Notes: generated from the sequence alone by a model not told the origin. Positions 19,365 through 29,257 are shown, numbered from the stretch's first letter. The stretch: DNA of 43,569 nt from Burkholderiales bacterium (GCA_947446685.1 CANFIC010000001.1:1-43569), one strand, 5' to 3'. A program made the numbers and translations.

Positions 19365-20306
19365 ATGGGCGAATACCTGCTGCGCCGCCTCGCTCTGGCC
19401 ATCCCCACCCTGCTTCTGACCATGACCGTGGTCTTCATTCTGGCGCGGGTGGTGCCAGGCGACCCGGCCTTGGTGATCCTGGGCGACCAGGCTTCACTTG
19501 AGGCGCTGGCGGCGCTGCGCGAGAAGCTTGGCCTGGACCGCCCATTGCACCTGCAGTACTTCGACTTCCTGGCTGGCATCTTGCAGGGCGACCTGGGCCG
19601 CTCGCTGGTGACCGGAAAGTCGGTCTGGGCGGAACTGCTGTCGGTTCTTCCGTACACGATCGAACTCACAGCGGCAGCCATCCTGCTCGGCGTTCTTTTC
19701 GGCGTGCCGCTCGGCGCCTATGCGGCGGTACATCGCAATCAATGGCCCGACACGCTGACGCGCCTTTTCTCGCTGGCAGGTCTGTCCTTTCCCGCCTTCG
19801 TCTCGGCGATTCTGCTGCTGCTTGTTTTCGCCATCGAGCTGCGCTGGTTCCCGGTGATCTCGGCACCGAAAATGGACGATCCGCTGGACCGCCTGCGACA
19901 TCTCGCCCTGCCCGCCATGAACCTGGGCCTCCTGATGACAGCCTATGTGACACGGGTCAGCCGGGCATCGATGCTGAACGTGCTGGGCGAGGACTATGTG
20001 CGCACCGCGCGGGCCAAGGGCATAGGTGCCCGGGCTGTGCTTTGGCGTCATGCGCTGCGCAATGCAATGATCCCGGTGGCCACCGTCGTCGGCCTTTATC
20101 TGGGCACGATGATCGGCAATTCGGTGCTGACCGAGATCGTCTTCAACCGGCCGGGCCTTGGCAAGCTGATCCTCGGCGCCTTGAATCTGCGCGACTACAC
20201 CATGCTGCAAGGTTTGATGGTCTTCTTCGCCGGCTTCATCGTGCTCGCGAATGCCGCGACCGACATCGCCTACGGCCTGATTGATCCGCGGGTGAGGTAC
20301 AAATGA
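19365..20306 (+). CDS. ABC permease, DppB-like
   Basis: YLLRRL, VPGDPA, GDLGRSL, EDYVRTARAKG (EAA loop), IDPRVR. Confidence 0.93.
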   Translation: MGEYLLRRLALAIPTLLLTMTVVFILARVVPGDPALVILGDQASLEALAALREKLGLDRPLHLQYFDFLAGILQGDLGRSLVTGKSVWAELLSVLPYTIELTAAAILLGVLFGVPLGAYAAVHRNQWPDTLTRLFSLAGLSFPAFVSAILLLLVFAIELRWFPVISAPKMDDPLDRLRHLALPAMNLGLLMTAYVTRVSRASMLNVLGEDYVRTARAKGIGARAVLWRHALRNAMIPVATVVGLYLGTMIGNSVLTEIVFNRPGLGKLILGALNLRDYTMLQGLMVFFAGFIVLANAATDIAYGLIDPRVRYK

Positions 20307-21166
20307 GCGCCACCCCGGCAGTCGCCCAAGCACCACAAGGCTGGGTACAGCGCTTCCGCAACAACCCCACTTCCCTGGTCGGCCTCGCGATGTTCCTCGC
20401 GGTTGTCCTGGCCGCGGTCTTTGCGCCCTGGATCTGGCCTGTCGATCCGCTCGAACAGGACGTGGTCGAGCGTCTGATCGGCCCGAGCCTGGCCCATCCG
20501 CTCGGTACCGACAGCTTCGGCCGGGACGTCCTCGCCCGCCTGCTGCATGCCGGGCGCATCTCGCTGCTGATCGGTGTCAGCTCGATTGCGCTGGCGATGC
20601 TCGCCGGTTCAGCCATCGGCATCGCCGCGGGCTATATCGGCGGCTGGTTCGATGCCCTGGTCACCAGCCTGCTTGATGTTCTGCTGTCGTTCCCGACGCT
20701 GCTGCTAGGCCTGATGGTCGTCGCGATGTTGGGATCGAGCATAGAAAATCTGGTGCTGGCCATCGCGCTGACGGAACTCGCCCCCTTCGCCCGGGTCGCC
20801 AGAGCCCCCACGATCGCGCTGAAGAACCGCGATTTCATCGAGGCCGGGCGGGCACTCGGCTTCTCGGACCTGCGTCTTGTGGTCGTGCACATCATTCCGA
20901 ACCTGATGTCGGATGTGATCGTGGTCGCATCCTTGTGGCTGGCGGCTGCGATCCGCACCGAAGCTTCCTTGAGTTTCATCGGCCTGGGCGTCAAGCCGCC
21001 CACCCCGACCTGGGGCGGCATGATCCGCGAAGGCTTTGAAAACATTCTCGATGCGCCCTGGCTTGCGGTGGCACCAGGGTTGGCGATTCTCATCACCGTG
21101 CTCGGCATCAACCTGCTCGGCGACGGTCTGCGCGACGCGATCGACCCGAAGGTGCGCAATGACTGA
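20303..21166 (+). CDS. ABC permease, DppC-like
   Basis: HPLGTDSFGRDVLAR, EASLSFIGLG, NLLGDGLRDAIDP. Confidence 0.93.
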   Translation: MSATPAVAQAPQGWVQRFRNNPTSLVGLAMFLAVVLAAVFAPWIWPVDPLEQDVVERLIGPSLAHPLGTDSFGRDVLARLLHAGRISLLIGVSSIALAMLAGSAIGIAAGYIGGWFDALVTSLLDVLLSFPTLLLGLMVVAMLGSSIENLVLAIALTELAPFARVARAPTIALKNRDFIEAGRALGFSDLRLVVVHIIPNLMSDVIVVASLWLAAAIRTEASLSFIGLGVKPPTPTWGGMIREGFENILDAPWLAVAPGLAILITVLGINLLGDGLRDAIDPKVRND

Positions 21167-22136
21167 GGCCCCGATCCTGGAAATTCGCGGGCTTTCGGTC
21201 GAGTTCCGTAGCGAAGGGGCCTGGCATGCCGCCGTGCGGGGCGTGGATCTTGCGATCCAGCGCAATCAGACCCATGCCATCGTCGGCGAATCAGGCAGCG
21301 GCAAAAGCGTCACCGCGCTGGCTGTGATGGGCTTGTTGCCCCAGCAGTCGGGGCGGATTCAATCCGGCAGCATCATGCTCGAAGGACGCGAACTGATCGG
21401 CTTGCCCGAGCAGGCACTCGACAAGATCCGCGGCAAGCAAGTGGCGATGATCTTCCAGGAGCCGATGACCGCGCTGAATCCGACCATGCCGGTAGGTCAG
21501 CAGATTGCGGAGGCGGTGCGCGCCCACCGTCGCTGCGATGCCAGCAGCGCCTGGAATGAAGCGCAGCGAATGCTCGACCTGGTCCGGGTTCCGTCGGCCG
21601 CGCAGCGGATGCGCGACTATCCCCACCAGTTTTCTGGCGGGATGCGGCAAAGGGTGATGATCGCGATCGCCCTGGCCTGCCAACCCAGGTTGCTGCTGGC
21701 CGACGAGCCCACCACAGCGCTCGACGTCACCATCCAGGCCCAGGTCCTGTCGCTGATCGAGGACCTGAAGCGCGAGTACGGACTGGCCGTCATGTTCATC
21801 ACCCATAACCTCGGTGTGGTGGCCTTGATCGCTGACTGTGTCTCGGTGATGTATGCCGGCGAAATCGTCGAGACCGCGTCGGTCAACGAACTTTTTGCTG
21901 CCCCGAAACACCCTTATACCGAAGCGCTGCTGGCATCGATGCCACGCGTCGATCGGGACGGGCAACTCGAACCGATTGGCGGCATTGTCCCGTCGATTCG
22001 AGAGATCGGCGCCGGTTGTACCTTCGCCCCGCGCTGCGCTCTGGCCATCGAGCGCTGCCATTCCATGCGCCCGCCGCTGCTGGAAGTCGCGCCCGAAAGA
22101 ACCGTTCGCTGCTGGGTCCGCGGAGTCGCCGCATGA
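21159..22136 (+). CDS. ABC ATPase, DppD-like
   Basis: GESGSGKS Walker A, FSGGMRQR, LLADEPTTALD, C-terminal GCTFAPRC. Confidence 0.93.
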   Translation: MTEAPILEIRGLSVEFRSEGAWHAAVRGVDLAIQRNQTHAIVGESGSGKSVTALAVMGLLPQQSGRIQSGSIMLEGRELIGLPEQALDKIRGKQVAMIFQEPMTALNPTMPVGQQIAEAVRAHRRCDASSAWNEAQRMLDLVRVPSAAQRMRDYPHQFSGGMRQRVMIAIALACQPRLLLADEPTTALDVTIQAQVLSLIEDLKREYGLAVMFITHNLGVVALIADCVSVMYAGEIVETASVNELFAAPKHPYTEALLASMPRVDRDGQLEPIGGIVPSIREIGAGCTFAPRCALAIERCHSMRPPLLEVAPERTVRCWVRGVAA

Positions 22137-23125
22137 GCCAAACGCCGATCCTCGCCGTCAAAGGGTTGGTCAAGCGCTTCCAGGTGGGCGGCAGCCTCTT
22201 TTCCCGACCGGCCACCGTGCATGCCGTCGAAGACGTCGCCTTCTCGGTGCCGGCGCAGGGCTCGCTTGGGCTGGTCGGCGAATCCGGTTGCGGCAAGTCG
22301 ACCGTTGCTCGCTGTCTCTTGCGTTTGATCGAACCCGATGCCGGCGAAGTCGTCTTTGAGGGCGTGGACTTGCTGGGGCTTTCCAAATCCCGCATGCGCT
22401 CCGTGCGGCAGCATTTGCAAATCATCTTTCAGGACCCCTATGCCTCGCTGAATCCGCGCAGGACAGTGGCGCAAACATTGACCGAGCCGCTCAAAGTGCA
22501 TGGGCTGCAAAGCGCAAGTGAAATCAACGAGCGGGTTGCCGCTGCCTTGGCTGAAGTGGGGTTGCCGGCTGATTCAGCGCGACGCTATCCGCATGAATTC
22601 TCTGGCGGGCAACGACAGCGCATCGGTATCGCCCGGGCGCTGGTTCTGGCGCCGCGGTTCATCGTTGCCGATGAACCGGTTTCGGCCCTGGATGTTTCAG
22701 TGCAGGCCCAAGTCCTCAAACTGCTGGATGGTCTTCGCGCCAGACATGGCCTGAGTTTCCTGTTTGTCTCGCATGACCTGGGCGTGGTCAGGCATATCTG
22801 CGACCGGGTCGCGGTCATGTACCTCGGCCGAGTGATCGAAGAGGCGCCGGTTCCCGATATATTCGACCAGCCCCTGCACCCCTATACGCAAATGCTGCGG
22901 GCCGCATCTCCAGTGCCGGACCCAAAGGCACGCTTTGCCTTGCCGCGCATCATCGGCGAGATCCCTTCTGCGGTGAATCCACCCAGCGGCTGCGCTTTTC
23001 ATCCTCGCTGTCCGGATGCAATGCCTCGCTGCTCGCTGGAAGCCCCGCCAATGCGGGAAGTTGCACCCGGCCGCAGAGTTGCTTGCCATCTACATAGCGC
23101 AAGCGGGCCGGCTGAAAACAGCTAG
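22133..23125 (+). CDS. ABC ATPase, DppF-like
   Basis: GESGCGKS, FSGGQRQR, DEPVSALD, PSGCAFHPRC, VACH. Confidence 0.93.
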   Translation: MSQTPILAVKGLVKRFQVGGSLFSRPATVHAVEDVAFSVPAQGSLGLVGESGCGKSTVARCLLRLIEPDAGEVVFEGVDLLGLSKSRMRSVRQHLQIIFQDPYASLNPRRTVAQTLTEPLKVHGLQSASEINERVAAALAEVGLPADSARRYPHEFSGGQRQRIGIARALVLAPRFIVADEPVSALDVSVQAQVLKLLDGLRARHGLSFLFVSHDLGVVRHICDRVAVMYLGRVIEEAPVPDIFDQPLHPYTQMLRAASPVPDPKARFALPRIIGEIPSAVNPPSGCAFHPRCPDAMPRCSLEAPPMREVAPGRRVACHLHSASGPAENS

Positions 23126-24030
23126 AACGCCAGCTTGCGCCCGAGCTCGAAACGGCGCATCTGCTGCGTCACCGGGTCGATGAAACTCAGCCCGCAGGCC
23201 AGCAGTTGCAATGGTGCGCTGTAGTCGGGCAAGGCCGGCTCGGGCCATAGCGTCGGGTAGATCCTGTCGCCGCGGATAGGCAGCCCCAGCGCGCTCATAT
23301 GTACGCGCAGCTGATGCCGCTGGCCGGTAAGCGGCAGCAGCAGATAACGGGCCTCATGGCCGCTTTGCTCGAGCAAGCTGATGCGGGTCTGCGCATTCGG
23401 CAAGCCCGCCACTTCGACCATCTGCATGAACGAGGCTTCGCTCTGTTGCAAGCGGCTGCTGCGCGTCAGCGGCAGCGCCAGACCCGGCTTGAACGCTGCA
23501 ATCGCCTCATAGGTTTTTTCGACTTCGCGCAAGCGGAACAGCGCTTGATAGGCCGCGCGGGTCTGCGGCTGCAGGCCAAACAGCACCAGGCCTGAAGTCT
23601 CGCGGTCGATGCGGTGCAGCGGCGTCAAATGCGCCAACCCAGTGGCCTGCTTCAAGCGCGTCAGCAAGGTCTGCTGAACATAGCGCCCGACCGGCGTCAC
23701 CGGCAGGAAATGCGGTTTGTCGACGACCAGCAGCAAGTCATCCTGGAACAGGATGCTGGCCTCGAAAGGGATCACCGGCTCAGCGGCGATCTGGCGGTAG
23801 TAATAAACCCGTTGGCCTGGGCAAAAACCGGCATCAGGCCGCAGCGCTTGGCCTGTTTCATCGAGTACCAGCCCATCTTGCAGCCGCGCCAGCCAGACGG
23901 CATGGCTGATCTGCGGCATGCGCTCGACCAGGAAGTCGATCAGCAGGGCCCAGGGGCCGTTGGGCAGCGCAACGCAACTGGCGCTGACGCCATCGCGCAT
24001 CGGCAGAGCGAGCTTTTGCGGCCTTGCCAT
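23122..24030 (-). CDS. RluA-family pseudouridine synthase
   Basis: VVDKPHFLP, LHRIDRETSG (catalytic Asp), TGQRHQLRVH, GDRIY. Start at ATG 24030, overlapping the trhO stop. Confidence 0.92.
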   Translation of the reverse strand: MARPQKLALPMRDGVSASCVALPNGPWALLIDFLVERMPQISHAVWLARLQDGLVLDETGQALRPDAGFCPGQRVYYYRQIAAEPVIPFEASILFQDDLLLVVDKPHFLPVTPVGRYVQQTLLTRLKQATGLAHLTPLHRIDRETSGLVLFGLQPQTRAAYQALFRLREVEKTYEAIAAFKPGLALPLTRSSRLQQSEASFMQMVEVAGLPNAQTRISLLEQSGHEARYLLLPLTGQRHQLRVHMSALGLPIRGDRIYPTLWPEPALPDYSAPLQLLACGLSFIDPVTQQMRRFELGRKLAF

Positions 24031-24848
24031 CAGCCCGCAGGGTCGAGCCGCTTGGCCCTCGCCAGGCGCCAGGCGCCGTCGGCCGAATCGGCGTAGACCT
24101 GTTCGGCGGTGGTCGCCGTTTCCTGCAGATGGGTGTCGATGGCGATGCGCTTGTCGAAAACAAAGCATTCGCCCTGCCAGTCCTTGGCCGCGTCGGGCAG
24201 CTCGGCAAAGTAGTTGATGATGCCGCCGTCGAGCTGGTAGACATCAAGACCCTGGTCCTGCATCCAGGCGCTGGTCTTTTCGCAGCGAATGCCGCCGGTG
24301 CAGTACATCGCGATGCGCTTGTTGCGCCATGCGTCGCGGTGCGAGGCGACATAAGCCGGGAAATCGCGGAAATGCGCGACCTCGGGGTCGACCGCATGGT
24401 CGAAGCGGCCGAGGCGGAACTCGAAGCTGTTGCGGTTGTCGAGCACCACCACATCGGGCTGCTGGATCAGTTCGCGCCAGGCTTGCGGCGAGACATGGGT
24501 ATCGGGTCGGGCCGGGTCGGGCAGGCCGCTGACGCCGGGCACACCAAAAGCGACGATCTCGGGCTTGCAATGGACCTTGATCAGGCTGAACGGCTTGCTG
24601 ACGCAAGCGCTGTGCTTGAAGGCCATGCCGGTGAACGCGTCGTCAAAGACTGGGTCACTTTGCAGCGCCTGCTCGAACTCGGTGATTGCTGCGGGCGGGC
24701 CGCCAATGGCGCCGCTGATGCCTTCGGGCGCGACCAGGATATTGCCACCGAGCAGCGGGCTGATTTCACGCAGCCTTGCGGCGACCGCTTCCGGATCGGC
24801 AACCGCGACAAAGCGGTAAAAACTGCTGTGGACCTGCTGTTCAGACAT
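24030..24848 (-). CDS. trhO: Rhodanese-related tRNA U34 hydroxylase (TrhO/YceA, UPF0176)
   Basis: FYRF, GNILVAPEGI, YCTGGIRCEK, LDGGIINY, WQGECFVFDKR. Confidence 0.85.
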   Translation of the reverse strand: MSEQQVHSSFYRFVAVADPEAVAARLREISPLLGGNILVAPEGISGAIGGPPAAITEFEQALQSDPVFDDAFTGMAFKHSACVSKPFSLIKVHCKPEIVAFGVPGVSGLPDPARPDTHVSPQAWRELIQQPDVVVLDNRNSFEFRLGRFDHAVDPEVAHFRDFPAYVASHRDAWRNKRIAMYCTGGIRCEKTSAWMQDQGLDVYQLDGGIINYFAELPDAAKDWQGECFVFDKRIAIDTHLQETATTAEQVYADSADGAWRLARAKRLDPAG

Positions 24849-26874
24849 AGAGCGCCGGATCGGGCTGGAACTGCTCGGCAGGGGCTGAAGGCAACAAAGC
24901 CAGCCCGCCGACCAAGGTCCAGGCCTGACTATGGCCGAGCCGCGCCAAAGCCATCGCGGCTTGCCGACTGCGGTTGCCGCTGCGGCAGAAAAACAGCAGC
25001 GGCCGCTGCTCGACCAGCCAGGTCGGCAAAGCGTTCAGCAAGCGCGACAAGGGCATTGCCTGCAGCGCTACGCCATTGAGCTTGGGTGTCAGGCTGAGGA
25101 ACTGCTCATAAGGCTCGCGCACATCGACCAGCAAGGCATCCGGATGCGCATCGACAAAGGCCTGCAGCTTCGCGCCTTCGAGGGCCAGCACCGGCAGCGC
25201 ATGGCAGACCGCCCTGGTGGTGGCGAATTGCTGCTCTTCGTCGCTTCCTGGCGCCAGCAGCAAGTCTGGGGGCAGATGCTCAAGCGCCATGCGGTCGAGG
25301 CCGCCGGTAAAGGCCAGCTGAGCCTGGCCGGCCACGCTCAGCAGCAGCGGGCCCTCGCCCTGCTGCTGCCGACTCAGCTGGCTGGCGCCCAAGGTCAAAG
25401 TCTCGTGGTGCAGCGGCCAACCCGAAGCATCACAGGCGGCTGCGGGCATCAAGTCGCCGAGCGACTGCGCCAGCAGCGCGCGCGCCTGCTGATGCTCGGG
25501 CTTGCTGCCCAGTACCGCCAGCAGCGGGTAGCCCTGGCATTGCAGCGCCTGCGCCAAAGCATCGACCATCTCCGGCAAGGGGTCGATCAGCAGGCAGCGC
25601 TGGCTGGCGCTGTCGGCCAGCAAATAGCAGCAAGCACCGTCCTGGGTGAAGCGGGTGATGCCGTCGCCGATGGTCGGGTCGTTCCCGACCGGACTGAGGC
25701 AATTGCGGCGCAGCGACAAGCCGCAGGCCGCGATGCGGGCGCAGGCCTCGCTGATGAATGCCTCGTCAACCACCGGGCCGAAGGACATGCGCACTGCGCC
25801 GGCCGCCTGCCATTCGGGCAAACCCATGGCCTGCAGCACATAGCTCGGCTGAGCCTTGGCCGCGCTGCAAGCCGAACCACCGCTGACCCGGGATTCGGCC
25901 GCGTCGAACAGGTCCTGCAGCAGCCGCGAACTCAGACCCGGCACGGCAAAATTCAAGGTGGTCGGCAGGCTCAAGGCCGGCTCGGCATTGAAGATCAGCC
26001 CTGGAAAGGCCGCTTCAAGCGCAGCCGCCAGTCGCGCCTGATAGCTGCGCAGCGTCTGCTCATCGCGGAATGTTGAGCCATCCTCAAAGGCGGCCAGCAC
26101 CGCGCCCAATGCGGCGATGCCCGCCATGTTTTCAGTGCCCGAACGCAGGCTGCCTTCCTGACCGCCGCCGGCCAGCAGCGGCGTGAACGGCGCGCCTTCA
26201 CGCACATAGAGCAGGCCGACGCCCTTGGGCGCATAGAGCTTGTGGCCGGAAAACGGCGCGTAATCGATGCGGCTGCGGCTCAGGTGCAGTTCGAGCTTGC
26301 CCAGCGCCTGCACCGAGTCGACCAGCCACATGGCCCGGCTGCCGGTCTGCTGCAACAACGCTTCGATGCCGGCCAGGTCGCTGATCACGCCGGTCTCGTT
26401 GTTGGCAGCCATGGTGCAGACGATGCCGGCTTGCGGCGCATGCTCACGCAAGAAGTCCAGATCATGCAAGCCCTGGCGGTTGACCGGAATCGCCAGCAAG
26501 GGCAGGTCGAGCCCGAGCAACTGGCTCCAATGCTTCAGCGCCTCGGGTACCGCCTTGTGCTCGGTAGCACCGTAGAGCAGCCAGCGCGCGCTGTCGTCAC
26601 CGGCCGCCCGCCTGCTGCGCAACTCGTTCAGCGCTGACAGCACCGCCGTCTGGATGCCCTCGGTCGCGCCGCTGACGAACAGCAAATGGCCGGCGCCGGT
26701 GTCAAGCAAACGCCTGGCGCGAGCCCGTACCTGATCAAGCATCGCCCGCGCCTTCAGCCCGGTGCTGTGCACGCTGCTGGGATTGCCGAAGTCTTCGGCC
26801 ATCACCTGGCGGGCCGCCTGAGCCGCCTGGAAAAGCACCGGCGTGGTGGCATTCGCGTCGAGATAGATTTCCAT
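24841..26874 (-). CDS. Cysteine desulfurase (IscS/NifS type) fused to a degenerate MBL-fold segment and a C-terminal rhodanese domain
   Basis: YLDANATTP, EHKAV, ANNETG, SGHK (PLP lysine), RSGTEN, SGGSACS (catalytic Cys); then CYLLAD...CLLIDP; then LVDVREPYE...FCRSGNRS...LVGGL. Confidence 0.88.
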   Translation of the reverse strand: MEIYLDANATTPVLFQAAQAARQVMAEDFGNPSSVHSTGLKARAMLDQVRARARRLLDTGAGHLLFVSGATEGIQTAVLSALNELRSRRAAGDDSARWLLYGATEHKAVPEALKHWSQLLGLDLPLLAIPVNRQGLHDLDFLREHAPQAGIVCTMAANNETGVISDLAGIEALLQQTGSRAMWLVDSVQALGKLELHLSRSRIDYAPFSGHKLYAPKGVGLLYVREGAPFTPLLAGGGQEGSLRSGTENMAGIAALGAVLAAFEDGSTFRDEQTLRSYQARLAAALEAAFPGLIFNAEPALSLPTTLNFAVPGLSSRLLQDLFDAAESRVSGGSACSAAKAQPSYVLQAMGLPEWQAAGAVRMSFGPVVDEAFISEACARIAACGLSLRRNCLSPVGNDPTIGDGITRFTQDGACCYLLADSASQRCLLIDPLPEMVDALAQALQCQGYPLLAVLGSKPEHQQARALLAQSLGDLMPAAACDASGWPLHHETLTLGASQLSRQQQGEGPLLLSVAGQAQLAFTGGLDRMALEHLPPDLLLAPGSDEEQQFATTRAVCHALPVLALEGAKLQAFVDAHPDALLVDVREPYEQFLSLTPKLNGVALQAMPLSRLLNALPTWLVEQRPLLFFCRSGNRSRQAAMALARLGHSQAWTLVGGLALLPSAPAEQFQPDPALYV

Positions 26875-26967
26875 GGCTTGTCAGAACTTGAGTACCGGAC
26901 TGGTACGGACAGGTGGATGGTAACCGCCCACCTACAATCGCCTCGCTTCAAGCAACTGGATTCGATC

Positions 26968-27822
26968 TTGTCCGACGCCCTGAAAGTCTTGCACCAATAT
27001 CTGCTGCCCAAGCAGGCGATCACCTGGTTCGCCGGCAAAGTCGCGTCAGCAAGAATGGGGGCGCTGACGACGGCGATCATCCGGCGCTTCGTCAAGCGCT
27101 ACCAGGTCAACATGGCCGAAGCTGCCAATCCGGACATTGCCGCTTACGCCAGCTTCAATGATTTCTTCACCCGGGCGCTGCGCGCAGACGCCAGGCCGCT
27201 CGCCAGCGCCAGGCTGATCTGCCCGGTCGACGGCGCGATCAGCCAGTTCGGCGTGATTGAAGGCGAACAGATTTTCCAGGCCAAGGGCCATCACTACAGC
27301 AGCGCTGCGCTGCTCGGCGGCGACGCGGCCATGGCAGAGCAATTCAAGGACGGCCTGTTCGCCACGCTCTACCTGAGTCCGCGCGACTATCACCGCATCC
27401 ATATGCCCTGCGCCGGACGGTTGCTGCGAATGATCCATGTGCCGGGCGAACTGTTCTCGGTCAACCCGACAACAGCGCGTGGGGTGCCGGACCTGTTCGC
27501 AAGAAATGAACGCGTCATCTGCCTGTTCGAAGACAAAGCCGGCCGCAATTTCGCGCTGGTGCTGGTCGGCGCCACGATCGTCGGCAGCATGGCGACGCCC
27601 TGGCATGGCGTGATCAACCCGCCGCGTCCGGGTCATCTGCGCGAATGGCATTATGAAGATCAGCAAATCACGCTCGCCCAAGGCCAGGAGATGGGCCGCT
27701 TTCTGCTCGGCTCAACCGTGGTGATGCTGTTCCCCAAACCGGCCGATTCGCTGGCATTCAACCCGGCATGGCAGGCTGGCGGCGCGATCCGCCTCGGCGA
27801 AGCAATGGCCAACCCGCATTGA
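26968..27822 (+). CDS. psd: Phosphatidylserine decarboxylase proenzyme
   Basis: SFNDFFTR, CPVDG, YLSPRDYHRIHMP, RNER, FLLGSTVV (LGST autocleavage site); TTG start inferred. Confidence 0.95.
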   Translation: MSDALKVLHQYLLPKQAITWFAGKVASARMGALTTAIIRRFVKRYQVNMAEAANPDIAAYASFNDFFTRALRADARPLASARLICPVDGAISQFGVIEGEQIFQAKGHHYSSAALLGGDAAMAEQFKDGLFATLYLSPRDYHRIHMPCAGRLLRMIHVPGELFSVNPTTARGVPDLFARNERVICLFEDKAGRNFALVLVGATIVGSMATPWHGVINPPRPGHLREWHYEDQQITLAQGQEMGRFLLGSTVVMLFPKPADSLAFNPAWQAGGAIRLGEAMANPH

Positions 27823-27832
27823 GAATGACGAC

Positions 27833-29140
27833 ATGACACAGCGCGTACTGACCGGCATCACCACCACCGGCACCCTCCATCTGGGCAACTATGTCGGCGC
27901 GATCCGGCCGGCGATCGCCGCCAGCCTCGAAGCGGGTGTCGAGAGCTTTTTCTTCATGGCCGACTATCACGCCTTGATCAAATGCGATGACCCGGCCCGC
28001 ATCGCCCGCTCGCGGCTGGAGATTGCCGCCACCTGGCTGGCTGCCGGCCTTGACACCGACCGCGTGACCTTCTACCGCCAGAGCGACATCCCCGAAATTC
28101 CCGAGCTGACCTGGCTGTTGACCTGCGTTACCTCGAAGGGCCAGATGAACCGGGCCCATGCCTACAAGGGCGCGGTCGATGCCAATGTTGCTGCCAATGA
28201 AGATGCTGACGCTGGCATCACGATGGGGCTGTTCAGCTATCCAATCCTGATGGCGGCCGACATCCTGATGTTCAATGCGCACCGCGTGCCGGTCGGGCGC
28301 GACCAGGTCCAGCATATCGAGATGGCCCGCGATGTCGCGCAGCGCTTCAACCATCTGTTCGGCCAGGGGCACGACTTCTTCGTCCTGCCCGAAGCCGCTG
28401 TCGAGGCTGACATGGCGCTGCTGCCCGGGCTTGACGGCCGCAAGATGAGCAAGAGCTACGACAACGCGATCCCCCTGTTCGAAGGCGGCAGCGCCGGCCT
28501 GCAGGAGGCGATCGCGCGCATCGTCACCGATTCGAAGTTACCCGGCGAGCCCAAAGACCCGGAAGGCCAGGCCCTGGTGACGATCTATGACGCCTTCGCC
28601 AGCCCGGCACAGCGGCAAGATTTCCGCGCCGCCTTGCGCGCCGGTCTGGCCTGGGGCGAAGCGAAGAAGCAGTTGTTTGAGCTGGTTGAGGCGCAGATCG
28701 GCCCGCTGCGTGCGCGCTATGCCGAGCTGATGGCCCACCCCGACCATATCGAGGCGATCCTGCAGACCGGTGCCGCCAAAGCGCGTGCCCTGGCCGCGCC
28801 GCTGCTGGCCGAGTTGCGCCAGGCGGTGGGGCTGCGCAGCTTCAGTACAGCCGCCGTCATCGCGGTCCAGGCCAAGTCCGCCAAAGCCACGCTGCCGCTG
28901 TTCAAGCAATACCGCGAAGCCGATGGCAGGTTCTATTTCAAGCTCAATGCCGCCGATGGCAGCCTGCTGCTGCAAAGCCAGGGCCTTGATAGCGGCCGCG
29001 ATGCCGGTCAATGGGTGGCGCGGCTCAAGCGCGAAGGCGCTGCTGCGCTGGGCGAAGCGCCGGTGCAACGCGCTGAGGGCATCACGGCAGCTGACGTCGA
29101 GGCTGCGCTGGCGGAACTAAAGCAGGCCAGCGAGGGCTGA
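27833..29140 (+). CDS. trpS: Tryptophan--tRNA ligase with C-terminal extension
   Basis: LTGITTTGTLHLGNY, YPILMAADIL, VPVGRDQ, KMSKS. Confidence 0.96.
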   Translation: MTQRVLTGITTTGTLHLGNYVGAIRPAIAASLEAGVESFFFMADYHALIKCDDPARIARSRLEIAATWLAAGLDTDRVTFYRQSDIPEIPELTWLLTCVTSKGQMNRAHAYKGAVDANVAANEDADAGITMGLFSYPILMAADILMFNAHRVPVGRDQVQHIEMARDVAQRFNHLFGQGHDFFVLPEAAVEADMALLPGLDGRKMSKSYDNAIPLFEGGSAGLQEAIARIVTDSKLPGEPKDPEGQALVTIYDAFASPAQRQDFRAALRAGLAWGEAKKQLFELVEAQIGPLRARYAELMAHPDHIEAILQTGAAKARALAAPLLAELRQAVGLRSFSTAAVIAVQAKSAKATLPLFKQYREADGRFYFKLNAADGSLLLQSQGLDSGRDAGQWVARLKREGAAALGEAPVQRAEGITAADVEAALAELKQASEG

Positions 29141-29257
29141 TCGTCCGGGGGATGGCGCTGACATTGATCATTGCCCCCCAGAGAAACCCCCGTAGTCTGA
29201 ACCGTTTGAGGCCGCTAGTCTTGGCCACCTATTTTTGCTGCTGAAGAGGAGATTGCC

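Noticed and set aside
24841-26874. Cysteine desulfurase as a dedicated FeS supplier for the hydrogenase
   Set aside because: It has host-like composition, is coupled to trhO/rluA, lies 7 kb away and has no scaffold genes.
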